The notes under the pieces were generated by a model. The model was given only the letters and a program-made list of their open reading frames with translations. It was not told where the DNA came from and made no database searches. DNA of 63,842 bases, counting the filler, from Octopus bimaculoides (taxonomy: Eukaryota): assembly GCF_001194135.2 (NCBI RefSeq). It is 9 parts of 8 records of this genome, joined end to end, with 100 filler letters (N's around TTAATTAATTAA, not from the genome) between each part and the next. Parts side by side here need not be neighbours in the genome. Positions count along the whole stretch, not along the records: positions 46,745 to 49,176 come from NC_068982.1; positions 49,277 to 51,802 come from NC_068990.1; positions 51,903 to 53,005 come from NW_026430342.1; positions 53,106 to 60,617 come from NC_069006.1; positions 60,718 to 62,539 come from NC_069004.1; 4 more parts are not named here. One strand, given 5' to 3'. Both the position numbers and the translations under genes were made by a program. Within the stretch, counting starts at the first letter, position 1; the number at the start of each line of letters is the position of its first letter. Below are positions 48,568-61,708 of this stretch, piece by piece.

Positions 48568-49288
48568 GTGTGCGTGCGTGGAATTTTATATATGAATTAA
48601 TATAATGAATTAATATAATGTGATAAAAGATTAAAAAAGCTGGATATCTAGCAGAAACAACGAATATAAAATATAAAACTCATCAACACCAACAACAAAC
48701 AAGAGAACAAAGAGAGAAATATTAGTAAAATCTAGCAAAACAATAAAAAACAAAATAAAGATGGACGTGCTAAAAGATAATTAAGTAAAATAAGATATGT
48801 TGAATTATATGGGGAAAATACACACACACACACACATAAAGAGATTGACATAAACATATATATATAATATATATATAAAAACAAATAGTAAATGAGTATA
48901 TGCATATATACGTACAAGTATGTGCGTACCGACATCTACCTGTATGTATAGTTGCATATCTGGGTACAGGACATTGCAAACAAAACGTAGACGAGAAAAC
49001 ACACAAGCCACATAGAGAACATTCTACTTCATCAGCTACCCCCGTTTTAACACCGGCGTTTCGAAGAGCTGGGCAGGACGCATCGCTAAAACGACTCTTC
49101 TCATGGACCGCAAATTAAATTTGTATACACAAATTAAATCTTGCCATGGAGGAATATATATATATATATATATATANNNNNNNNNNNNNNNNNNNNNNNN
49201 NNNNNNNNNNNNNNNNNNNNTTAATTAATTAANNNNNNNNNNNNNNNNNNNNNNNNNNNNNNNNNNNNNNNNNNNNGGCGTCTCACCA

Positions 49289-49320
<32 letters not shown>

Positions 49321-49339
49321 ACCACCACCACCGCCACCA

Positions 49340-49550
49340 CCAAATTTTGGCACAAGGTCGGTAATTTCGTGGGGACGGGTTAAGTCGATTACATAGACCT
49401 CAGTGTTCAGCTGGTACTTATTTTAACCACTCCAAAAGGACAAACGGCAAAGTCGTCATCGGCGGAATTTGAACTCAGAACGTAAAGGCAGATGAAATAC
49501 TTCCAATCATTTTGCCCGGCGTGCTAACGATTCTGCCAGCTCGTCGCCTT
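49340..49550 (-). mobile_element. SINE family B copy in a (CAC)n tract
   Basis: CGGCGGAATTTGAACTCAGAACGTAAAG…CTAACGATTCTGCCAGCTCGTCGCC. Confidence 0.9.
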
Positions 49551-49736
49551 TCTACAACCACTAATGCTACCACCATTATCATCCTTACCACCCCTTCTAC
49601 CACACCACCACCGCCGCCACCTACGCTACAGCCCTTAATACAGATCCATGTTCGTGCAAAACGTTATTGTAATGTTTAGAACGCTTGTATTCTAATAGGG
49701 ACAAAAGTGTCGCTGTATTGAAAGAATACAAATAGG

Positions 49737-50085
49737 TATTGTAAGAACAGAGAACGACTACATTAAAGAAGACATTAACGATATATGGCTGACGGGAAAA
49801 TAACTGGATACAAATAGGGTAATATCTAACACATGTAATATAGTGAGATATCAGTTAACTGAGATTATCCAAGTAATTCAATTGATCAAAAGCACCTTCT
49901 AAGGGGTTTAAAACTATATATTGTAAGAGTAGAGAACCTTCTTATCTAAATATATCAATGATGCATAGTTGACGGAAAACAACTGGATATAAATATATGG
50001 TAGCGTCCAACATATATAACATAGAGATAAATTATTCAAGTAATTTTGTAAATTAAAAAGCCACCTTTAAAAGTGTTAAAATCTA
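49737..50085. repeat. Diverged tandem duplication, two units of about 170-185 bp
   Basis: Shared TATTGTAAGA..AGAGAAC, TGACGG.AAA.AACTGGATA and CAAGTAATT landmarks. Confidence 0.7.
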
Positions 50086-50991
50086 AAAAGTTCCAGTCTC
50101 CAAAACATGCAAGACAGATAATTACAATGAGATCAGTTGATTGGCATTTTTGAACAGTATTAATACATTGAAGGTAACAGTCAAATCGGGTTTAATAAAT
50201 AAATAGATTCAGTCCAAGTTCGTGGTTAAATTCTTGTTTTTTTTTATTTTTGTTTAATCCTAGCTAAGCTCTGAACCACTAGAGCCATATCAACAGCAAT
50301 CAAGCTACGACGATTCTAACTTTTTTCAGATTTAGTTAATCTCAGATTATAGTATGCATGTATTCTGTCTCCTCTGGTGGTAACACTAACACCACTATAG
50401 TCGCTATTGTCAAAACGACCACCAACACTATTACTACTACCACAACTTCTACCAGTACCACTACCGCCACAGTCGCCATCATCAATAATAATGCCACTTT
50501 TATCATTAACATAAGCAGAATAACACCGACATTAACAAAAGATCCACATCCGCCACCCACCACGAAAATTGGCAAAACGTATTCAACTCCTGATGCTTAG
50601 GCTTATCTTACAAGGGTTATCACAAAAGCAATACAAAAGACAAAATAAAACTTTTATTAACAGACATAAGTTGTTCTTTAAAGAAATGGAAGTTGTGTAA
50701 TAGGTTTTAGATGAGGGAATTATACTGAGTTGATTGTAGACACTCCATAAAAATAGAGCAAAAGATGCTATACAAAATATCAGTGAAATCAGAAGCAAGA
50801 TGGTAGCATAGAGCCTACATGAGTGAAAATGTATTGTGTTGCAGCGAATACACTCGTAGAAATCCCCAGTTGTTCTAGTTATCTTAAATCTGTATTTAAT
50901 GCTTATCTCGCGATTCTCGGAGGGATTTCTGTAAAGCTACATTTCATCGTTCATCGCTTCTAATTTTCACGATTGTTTTGAATCTAAAAAG

Positions 50992-51135
50992 GTGCGTGGC
51001 CTAACGGTTACGGTGTGACATTCACGATCGAACGATTGTGGTTTCGATTTCTGGACCGAGCGGTTCGTTGTGTTCCTTTGCAAAAAACTTCATTTCGTGT
51101 TGCTCCCGTCCATTCAGCTGTAAAGGAGTAATACC
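50992..51135 (+). mobile_element. SINE family C, 5' part
   Basis: GCGTGGCCTAACGGTTA…GGTTTCGATTTCTG…TTTCGTGTTGCTCCCGTCCATTCAGCTG. Confidence 0.65.
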
Positions 51136-51466
51136 GGTTGGGTGTTATGATACAGTCACGCCTTGGCTATGAAAAACGGAAAATGACTTTATGGATCTTA
51201 GGAAAGCAATGTTCAGGAATTTATATTTTTGTCTTGTCCTATGGTAGCTGACCACTACAATACCTGACAAGGTGCATTCTTCACAGGAAAGAAGCTAATA
51301 TTCACAATCGATTACCTGTACAATTTCCCGGCAAATGTGCGTCTACTGGACACAGAATAACATCCGTTCACACACAAGCACAAACGCATATTCACAAAAA
51401 AATCACACATATATAAGCATTATGTCTATATGTATATGTATATATAAATATATGTATACATACAAA

Positions 51467-51540
<74 letters not shown>

Positions 51541-51770
51541 CATAAATATTGAAGAGTATTTGCACATGTTTAACATGTATCTCCATGCACATATTCACGC
51601 ATACACACACGCATTCAACTGTACATTCAGCTGTAGGTAACATACACGTCTATACATATATAACGTATGTATTCTTGTTTACATTTCACCTCTCAAAACA
51701 GCAACAAACATATAGGAACGCACACTCACATACATGTGTATCTGGGAGTGAGTATGTATGTATTGCATGT

Positions 51771-51802
<32 letters not shown>

Positions 51803-52444
51803 NNNNNNNNNNNNNNNNNNNNNNNNNNNNNNNNNNNNNNNNNNNNTTAATTAATTAANNNNNNNNNNNNNNNNNNNNNNNNNNNNNNNNNNNNNNNNNN
51901 NNTGTTCATACACCTGTCTTCGTCTTTTGCTTTTCTGTAAATTTCAACTATATACATATGTATATATGTTTATAACCAAGGGTACAAGATAGTACACAGC
52001 AAGCTAAAAATAAGAGTCAGAACGACTGAAAACCACAGTTATCACTTCTACACACTGGCGAATTCGAGGAAACGAGTAAATATAAAAGCCAACTTACCAA
52101 TAGTGAGTGAAAATCGCAAATGATTTGCAGATGTACTCATATCACGTGATTTCGGGCCCTGTGGTAATGGACAATACACACATGGTGACATGGGCACCTT
52201 TAGCCCTCGGCAGTAATTCTCACTAATGGGAACGGCCGTTTCTAGAGGCCAATTGCCGGGAAAAATAAGGGGATATTGTACCCATTATTTAGCAATTCCT
52301 CCTTCAGGGAATTAACCTCTATAAACGGCCGCTGGTACCCTATTTTAATAATTTTCATTTTAACATATTTCGCTTTCATCACTACTTCAGGCCTTCTTCA
52401 ATATATTGACGTATACATGTGTGTTTTAATATATTTATGTTTAC

Positions 52445-52680
52445 AAGGCGGCAAGCTGCCAGAATCGTTAGCACGACGGGTGAAATGCTTAGTGGTATTT
52501 TATCTGCCGCTACGTTCTGAGTTGAAATTCCGCCGAGATCGACTTTGCCTGTCATCCTTTCGGGGTCGAATAAATAAGTACCAGTTACTTACTGGGGTCC
52601 ATGTAATCGGCTTAATCCCTTTGTCTGTCCTTGTTTGTCCCCTCTATGTTTAGTCCCCTCTGGGCAATAAAGAAATAAAT
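52445..52680 (+). mobile_element. SINE family B, long-tail type
   Basis: AAGGCGGCAAGCTGCCAGAATCGTTAGC…TTTGTCTGTCCTTGTTTGTCCCCTCTATGTTTAG…GCAATAAAGAAATAA. Confidence 0.92.
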
Positions 52681-53158
52681 ATGTTTACATCTAAAAAATG
52701 TTTTAAAATCTGTTATCTTAGATATATATTTTTAATATATTTATTTATTTATTTATAGATTTTTAAAAAATGTCTATGTATTTATCTATTTGTAATGTAT
52801 CATTATATACTTGTTCTTTAAATTCATCTGATATAAGAGTCATGTTTATGGATTAAATTACCTGGTGTTACGTTTCTTCATATTATATATTTTTATATGT
52901 ATATGTATGCATATAATATATATATACATATATATATATGTATATATTGTATATGTATATATGTATATGTATATATGCATATATATATATGTGTGTGTGT
53001 GTGTGNNNNNNNNNNNNNNNNNNNNNNNNNNNNNNNNNNNNNNNNNNNNTTAATTAATTAANNNNNNNNNNNNNNNNNNNNNNNNNNNNNNNNNNNNNNN
53101 NNNNNTCTAGTACTATTTCTCTATACTTTAAGATAACCTCTCTCAAATATCGTGCACC

Positions 53159-53517
53159 ATGGATACCAACAGACGAAACTTTGTACAGCGCCAAGTTGAG
53201 GCTAACAAGAAGAGGAAGATGCGCCGAAACTGGCAACTGGAGGAAATTCACCTTCTTGTACAAGCATGGAACCTGGCCAAAGGATCACCAGCAAATGATC
53301 TAATAGCCGAAAGCCTGGATAGGTACAATTTCCACAGGTCAATGGCTCAAATTGATCGAAAGAAACTGGAGCTCATTCGCTCCTACGAGCTCGTGAAACC
53401 GGACCATGACCTCCTACAAGGCATTATCAGAGACACGGACACAAAAAAGGACAGTGAAGACCCTGCACGCTGTGCTCAGGCTCAAGAGGACCAAACGGAT
53501 CACCGAGACAAGGCAAA
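53159..53517 (+). CDS. Myb/SANT-like (trihelix-type) DNA-binding domain ORF, cut off by the satellite; probably transposon-derived
   Basis: Start context GCACC-ATG-G. RRNWQLEEIHLLVQAW…LIAESL…FHRSMAQIDRKKLELIRSY fits the WxxxExxxLxxxW…RSxxQxxxKxxxLxxxY pattern. No stop before the array. Confidence 0.55.
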
Positions 53518-56500
53518 TGAACGTACGTACAAACGTACGTTAGTTTGTTCTTTGTTTCGTTCGTTCGTCGCTCTTTCGTACGTACGTACGTTCGTTCCTT
53601 CGTAGTATGTACGTCCGTTTGTTCGTTCCTACTAACGTACGTACGTTCATTCGTTCGTTCGTTCGTTTGTACGTACATTCGTTTGTTTGTTCGTTCGATC
53701 TTTCTTTCGTTCGCAAGTACGTACGTTCTTTCGTTCGTTCGTTCGTTTGTTCGTTCTAATGTACGTACTACGTACAAACGTACGTTTGTTCGTTCTTTTA
53801 TTCGTTCGTACGTACGTTCGTTCGTTCGTACGTACGGACGTATGTACTCACGTTCCTTCGCTCGATCGTACGTACGTACGTTCCTTCGTCTGGTCGTTCG
53901 ATCTTTCTTTCGTTCGTACGTACGTACGTTCGTTCGTTTGTTCATTCGTTCGGTCGAACGTACGTACGTTCTTTCATTCGTTCGTTCGTTCATTCGTTCG
54001 TTCGTAGGTACGTGCGTACGTTCGTTAGTTCGTTCGTTTGTCTGTTCGTTCGTACGTACGTACTTATGTACATACTTACGTACGTTCGTTCATTCGTTCG
54101 ATCGTTCGTTCGTTCGTTCATTCTTACTTTCGATCGTTACTTCGTACTTTCGATCGTTCTTTCTTACGTATGAACGTACATACAAACGTACGTTCGTTTG
54201 TTCGTTGTTTCGTTCGTTCCTCGCTCTACCGTACGTACGTTCGTTCGGTCGTACGTACGTACTACGTTCGTTCGTTCCTTCATAGTATGTACGTCCGTTT
54301 GTTCGTTCGTACGTACGTACGTTCGTTCTTTCGTTCGTTCCTTCGATCGTTCGGTCGTTAGATCGTTCCTTCGTACGTACATACGTACGTACGATCGTTC
54401 TTTCGTACGTACTTACGTACGTTCGTTCGTGCTTACGTTTGTACGTGCGTACGTTCTTTCGTTCGTTCGTTCGTACGTACGTACGTACATACGAACGTAC
54501 GTCTGTTCATTCATTTGTAATTACGTACGTACGTTCGTTTTGTCGCTATTTCTTTCGTTCGTTTGTTCTTTTGTTCCTTCGTTCGATCATTCCATCGTTT
54601 AATCCTTCTTTCGTTCAATCGTTCGTTCTATTCTACGTACGTACGTACGTTCGTTCTTTCGATGGTTCGTACGTTCTTTCGCTGTTCGTTCATTCGTTCG
54701 TTCGTTCGTACGTACGTTCGTAATTACCTTTTTTCGTTCGTACTTACGTACGTTCGAAGGAATAAAAGAACGAACGAAATTACGTACGAACGAACGAACG
54801 AACGAATAAAGGTACGTACGAACGAACAAATGAACGAACGATCGAACGTACGAACAAAAGAAAGAATGCTCGTACGTACCATCGTTCCTTCAATCTTTCG
54901 TTCGTTCGTACGTACTATCGTTCGTTCTTTTGTTCCTTCGTTCTTTCGTTCCATCGTTCGTTCCATCTTTCGTTTGTTCGTGTGTGCGTTCGTTAGATCG
55001 ATCGTTCGTTCGTTCCTACGTACGTACGTACTTTCATTCGTTCGTTCGTTCGTACGGACGTTCGTTTGTTTGTTCGTTCGATCGAACTAACGAAAAAAAC
55101 GTAAGAACTAACGAAGCAACGAACGTTCGTTCGTTCCTTCGTAGTATGTACGTCCGTTTGTCAGTTCGTACGTACGTACTTACGTACATACAGTCGTTGG
55201 ATCGTTCATTCGTTCGTATGTACGTACGTACGTCCGGTTGTTCGTTCGTACGTTCGTTCTTTCATTCGTTCCATCGATCTTTAGATCGTTCGGTCGTACG
55301 TACGTTCGTTCGGTCGTACGTACGTTCGTTCGGTCGTTGCTTCGTTAATTCGTACGTACGTACCTTCGTTCGTTCCTTCGTAGTATGTACGTCCGTTTTT
55401 TTCGATCGTGCGTACGTACTTACGTACATACGTTAGTTCGATCGTTCATTCGTTCGTATGTACGTACGTACGTCCGGTTGTTCGTTCGTTCGGTCGTTCG
55501 TTCGTTCGTTCGTACGTACGTACATACGTACGTTCGGTCGTTCTTTCGTACGAACTTAGGTACGTTCGTTCGTTACTACGTACGTTCGTTCGTTCGCTCT
55601 TACGTGCGTACGTTCGTTTTTTCGCTATTTATTTCGTTCGTTTGTTCGTTAGTTCGTTCGAACGTTCGTTCGTTCGTACTCACGTACATGCGTTCGTTCA
55701 ATCTTTCGTTCGATCGTTCGTACGTACGTATGTTCGTTCGTTCAATTTTCGTTCGTTCGTACGTACGTACGTTCGTTCGTTCGTTCTTCTGTTCCTTCGT
55801 TCTATCATTCCATCGTTTGATCCTTCCTTCGTTCGTTCTATTCTAAGTACGTACGTTCGTTATTTCGATGGTTCGTTCGTTCGTTCATTCGTTCGTTCCT
55901 ACGTACGTTCGTAATTACGTACGTTCGAAGGAACAAAAGAACGAACGAAGGTACGTACGTACGAACGAAAGAACGAACGAAGGTACGTACGAGCGAACCA
56001 ACGAACAATCGAACGTACGAATAAAAGAAAGAACGTACGTACGTCAGTACGATCAAACGTACGTACGATCGTTCTTACGTACGTATGATCGTTCTTTCGT
56101 ACTTACTTACGCACGTTCGTTCATTCCTACGTCCGTTCGTTCGTTCGTTAGTCCTTACGTTTGTACGTGCGTAAGTTCGTTCGTTCGTTCGTTCGTTCTT
56201 ACGTTTCTACGTGCGTACATTCGTTCTTTCGTTCGTTTGTTCGTTAGTTCGGTCGAACGTACGTTCGTTCGTTCGTACTCACGTACGTGCGTTCGTTCAA
56301 TCTTTCGTTCTTTCGTTCGATCGTTCGTAAGTACGTACGTTCGTTCGTTCAATCTTTCGTTCGTTCGTTCGATCTTCCGTACGTACGTACGTACGTTCGT
56401 TCGTTCGTTCTTTTGTTCCTTCGTTCAATCCTTCCTGCGTTCGTTCTATTCAACGTACGTACGTTCGTTATTTCGATGGTTCGTTCGTTCATTCGCTCGT

Positions 56501-59500
56501 TCGTTCGTTAGCTCGTTCGTTCATACGTACGTTCGTAATTACGTTCGTTCGTTCGTAATTACCTACGTTCGAAGGAACAAAAGAACAAACGAAAGTACGT
56601 ACGTACGAACGAACGAACGAACGAACGAATGAAGGTACGTACGAGCGAACGAACGAACAATCGAACGTACGAATAAAAGAAAGAACGTACGTACGTCAGT
56701 ACGATCAAACTAACGTTATTACGTACGTACGTTCTTTCTTTCGTTCGTTCGATCGTTCGTTCGATCGTTAGATCGTTCGTTCTTACGTAAGTACGATCGT
56801 TCTTTCGTCCTTACGTTTGTACGTGTGTACGTTCGTTCGTTCGTTCGTACGTACGTCGGTACGAACGTACGTGTGTTCGTTCATTCGTACTTACGTGCTT
56901 ACTTTCGTTTTGTCGCTATTTCCTTCGTTCGTTTGTTCGTTAGATCGTACGTACTTACGTTCGTTCGTTCGTACTCACTTACGTTCGTTCGTTCAATCTT
57001 TCGTTCTTTCGCTCGATCATTCGTACGTTCGTACGTCCGTTCGTTCGTTCTTTTGTTCCTTCGTTCGATCATTCCATCCTTTGATCGTTCATTCGTACGT
57101 ACGTACCTTCGTTCGTTGCTTCGTTAGTTCATTCGTAAATTCTTTAGTTCGTTCGTTCGTTCCTTCTTAGTATGTACGTCCGTTTGTTCGTTCGTACGTA
57201 CGTACTTACGTACATACGTTCGTTCGATTGTTCATTCGTTAGTATGTACGTACGTAAGTCCAGTTGTTCATTCGTACGTACGTACATTCGTTCTTTCGTT
57301 CGTTCGGTCGTTAGATCGTTCGTTCGTACGTACGTTCATACGTACGTTCGGTAGTTCTTTCGTACGTACTTATGTACGTTCGTTCGTTCCTACGTACGTT
57401 CGTTCGTTCGCTCTTACGTTTCTACGTGCGTACGTTCGTTCGTACGTACGTACATACGAACGTACGTATGTTCGTTCATTCGTACTTACATAAGTACGTT
57501 CGCTTTTTCGCTATTTCTTTCGTTCGTTTGTTCGTTAGTTCGCTCGAACGTACGTTCGTTTGTTCGTACTCACGTACTTGCGTTCGTTCAATCTTTCGTT
57601 CTTTCGTTCGATCGTACATACGTACGTACGTTTGTTCGTTCCATCATTCGTTCGTTCGTTCGATCTTTCGTACGTAGGTACGTTCGATCCTTCGTTCTTT
57701 TGTTCCTTCGTTCGTTCTATTCTACGTACGTACGTACGTTCGTTATTCCGATGGTTCGTTCGTTCATTCGTTCGTTCCTACGTACGACCGTAATTACGTT
57801 CGTTCGTTCGTACTTACGTACGTTCGAAGGAACAAAAGAACGAACGAAAGAACGTACGTACGAACGAAAGAACGAACGAAAGAAGGTACGTACGAGCGAA
57901 CGAACGAAAAATCGAACGTACGAATAAAGGAAAGAACATACGTACGTACGTAAGTACGATCGAACAAACGTTATTACGTACGTACGTTCTTTCTTTCGTT
58001 CGTTCGCTTGTACGTACCTTCGTTCCTTCAATGTTTCGTTCGTTCGTACGTACCTACGTACTTTCGTTCGTTCTTTTGTTCCTTTGTTCGTTCGTTCCAT
58101 CGTTCGTTCCTTCTTTCGTTTGTTCTTGTGTGCGTTCGTTCGATCAATCGGTCGCTCGTTCCTACGTACGTACGTACGTTCATTCGTTCATTCGTTCGTA
58201 CTTACGTACGTTCGAAGGAACAAAAGAACGAACGAAACTACGTACGTACGAACGAACGAACGAACGAATGAAGGTACGTACGTGCGAACGAACGAACAAT
58301 CGAACGTACGAATAAAAGAAAGAACGTACGTACGTACGTCAGTACGATCGAACGAACGTTATTACGTACGTACGTTCTTTCTTTCGTTCGTTCGATCGTT
58401 CGTTCGATCGTTCGTTCGATCGTTGGATCGTTCGTTCTTACGTACGTCCGATCGATCTTTCGTACGTACTTACGCACGTTCGTTCGTTCCTACGTACGGT
58501 CGTTCGTTCGTTCGTCCTTACGTTTGTACGTACGTACGTAAGTACGATCGAACGAACGTTATTACGTACGTTCATTTTTTCGATCGTTCCTTCGATCGTT
58601 CGTTCGATAGATCGTTCGTTCGATAGATCGTTCGTTCGATAGATCGTTCGTTGGTACGTACGTACATACGTACGTTCGGTCGTCCTTTCGTACGTACTTA
58701 TGTACGTTCGTTCGTTCCTACGTACGTTCGTTCGTTCGTTCTTATGTCTCTACGTGCGTATGTTCGTTCGTTCGTTCGTTCGTTCGTACGTACGTACGTC
58801 GTTCATTCGTACTTACGTTCGATTTTTCGCTATTTCTTTCGTTCGTTTGTTCGTTAGTTCGTTCGAACGTACGTTCGGTCGTCCGTACTCACGTACGTGC
58901 GTTCGTTCAATCTTTCGTTCTTTCGTTGGATCGTTCGTACGTACGTACGATCGTTGGTTCAATCTTTCGTTCGTACGTTCGATCTTTCGTATGTACGTAC
59001 GTTCGTTCGTTCTATTGTTCCTTCGTTCTATCATTCCATCGTTTGATCTTTCCTTTGTTCGTTCGTTAATTCGTTCGTTCTATTCTACGTACGTACGTAC
59101 GTTCGTTATTTCGGAATTACGTTCGTTCGTTCGTACTTACGTACGTTAGAAGGTACAAAAGAACGAACGAAAATACGTACGTACAAACGAAAGTACGTAC
59201 GTACGAACGAAAGAACGGACGTACGAACGAACGAACGAACGAACAAATGAATGTACGTATGAGCGAACGAACAATCGAACGTACGAATAAAAGAAAGAAC
59301 GTACGTACGTAAGTACGAACGAACGAACGATCGAACGAACGAACAAAAGAGAGAACGTACGTACGTCAGTACGATCAAACGAACGTTATTACGTACGTAC
59401 ATTCTTTCTTTCGTTCGTTGGATCGTTCGTTCGATCGTTAGATCGTTCGTTCTTACGTACGTACGATCGTTCTTTCGTACGTACTTACGCACGTTCGTTC

Positions 59501-60617
59501 GTTCCTACGTACGTTCGTTCGTTCGTTCGTTCCTTCGTCCTTACGTTTGTATGTACGTACGTTCGTATGTTCGTTCATTCGTACTTACATACTTACTAAC
59601 GTTTTGTCGCTATTTCTTTCGTTCGTTTGTTCGTTAGATCGTACGAACGTACGTTCGTTCGTACTCACGTACGTTCGTTCGTTCAATCTTTCGTTCTTTC
59701 GTTCGATCGTTCGTACGTTCGTACGTTCGTTCGTTCGTTCGTTCTTTTGTTCGTTCATTCAATCATTTTATTCTATTCTACGTACGTACGTTCGTTATTT
59801 CGATAGTTCGTTCGTTCATTCGCTCGTTCGTTCATTCGTACATTCGTTGGCTCGTTCGTTCATTCGTTCGTTCCTACGTACGTTCGTAATTACGTTCGTT
59901 CGTAATTACGTACGTTCGAAGGAAAAAAAGAACGAACGTAAGTACGAACGAACGAACGAACGAACGAACGAAAATCGAACGTACGAATAAAAGAAAGAAC
60001 GTACGTACGTACGTCAGTACGATCGTACAAACGTTATTACGTACGTACGTTCTTTCTTTCGTTCGTTCGATCGTTCGTTCGATCATTAGATCGTTCGTTT
60101 TTACGTACGTACGATCGTTCTTTCGTACGTACTTACGCACGTTCCTACGTACGTTCGTTCGTTCGTTCGTTCCTTCGATCGTTCGTTCGTTAGATCGTTC
60201 ATTCGTATGTACGTACATACGTACGTTCGGTCGTTTTTTCGTACGTACTTATATACGTTCGTTCGTTCCTACGTACGTTCGTTCGTTCGTACTTACGTCT
60301 CTACGTGCGTACGTTCGTTCGTTCGTACGTACGTACGTACGTACGTTCGTTATTTCGATGGTTCGTTCGTTCGTTCGCTCGTTCGTTCATTCGTTCTTTC
60401 CTACGTACATTCGTTCGTTTGTACTTATGAACGTTCGAAGGTGCAAAAGAACGAACCAAAATACGTACATACGAACTAACCAACGAACCAACGAACAAAT
60501 GAAGGTCCGGACGAGCGAACGAACGAACAATCGAACGTACGAATAAAAGAAAGAACGTACGTACGAACGTAAGTACGAACGAATGAACGAACGAACGATC
60601 GAACGAACGAACAAAAT
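53518..60617. repeat. 7.1-kb CpG-dense (TTCG)n/(TACG)n complex satellite with alternating-orientation higher-order blocks
   Basis: Tetramers TTCG/TACG on one orientation and CGAA/CGTA on the other. The orientation-switch marker TTCGAAGG occurs at 54753, 55924, 56568, 57823, 58211, 59146 (variant), 59915 and 60434. The array ends in an N gap. Confidence 0.97.
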
Positions 60618-60996
60618 NNNNNNNNNNNNNNNNNNNNNNNNNNNNNNNNNNNNNNNNNNNNTTAATTAATTAANNNNNNNNNNNNNNNNNNNNNNNNNNN
60701 NNNNNNNNNNNNNNNNNGAATAAAGGACAAAAAAAGTTCGTAACCTCTGTGCTTTTGACAATAAATCACAACAGTGAAGAATGGGATAAAAACTTACACC
60801 AGAAATCGTCCTTCTCTCAAGTTATTCTGATACCAGGCGAGTCTATAATTTAAAAACGGGGCAAACCGCGTGAATAAATGTGATTGACAGTCTAAGACAA
60901 AGGGAAGAAACGTGGGATTATAGGGGTTGGAAATCACGTCGTGCAAAAGGAGTTGAGATGGTGTGGGTCACCGAAGTTGATAGCATCATTTCTTGT

Positions 60997-61029
<33 letters not shown>

Positions 61030-61708
61030 CAACAACAACAGCAAGCTACATTTGGCTTATCTAAATCCACTTCCGTGTTTCACTTACAAACCACAGTCAA
61101 CCATAAGAGTTTATATGCCTTCGCTACATAAATGCAACCATAGCTAAAAACAATACACACACACACACACATTTAACCTAGTGGTTTGGGTGTTGTGCTC
61201 ACACTCGCGAGATCGTGGTTTCAATTCCTAGAGCAGGTGGTGCGTTGTGCTTTGTATCATACTGTATCTGGGTTTAACTTTGTATCCTACTGCCTGGCGC
61301 CAGATCACATATTTTGCTCGGGATAGAGAGAAAGAGGCAGGAAAGAGCAACGGAGATTTATGTGTGTGCTGAGTATGTATTTCTGTGTGTATGCGTGTAA
61401 GTGAGAGCGTGTGTATGTTTGTGTGGGTGAATTTAGCGCTTCAAATGTTAAATCAATGATGCTATGGCCAAAGACACAATCGATGGTACAACATGATTAT
61501 ATAACAGAGGCCGTCTTTCCCATCTCTCTCTTACGTCATAGAGTTTTTAATGAGAACTTCTAATGACAACATAAAAAGAGACTCCCACCTAATAATAAAT
61601 ACTTGTAAAACAAACAAACAAAAAATAAGCCAGAAAAGGGAAAGACAACTGCATTAAAAACAAATAATAAACAAAAGCATCACAGTCAATTGTTGTGGTT
61701 TATTATTT

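Noticed and set aside
49020-49110. Minus-strand GAAGAG…CTCTTC-GAAAC hammerhead-like stem
   Set aside because: There is no CUGANGA core and the would-be cleavage triplet ends in G. It may be a Penelope-type end but is not a credible ribozyme.
53427-60614. Dozens of ORFs encoding RSFV/RTYV/ERTN repeats
   Set aside because: They are translations of the tetranucleotide satellite in many frames, with no sign of real coding.
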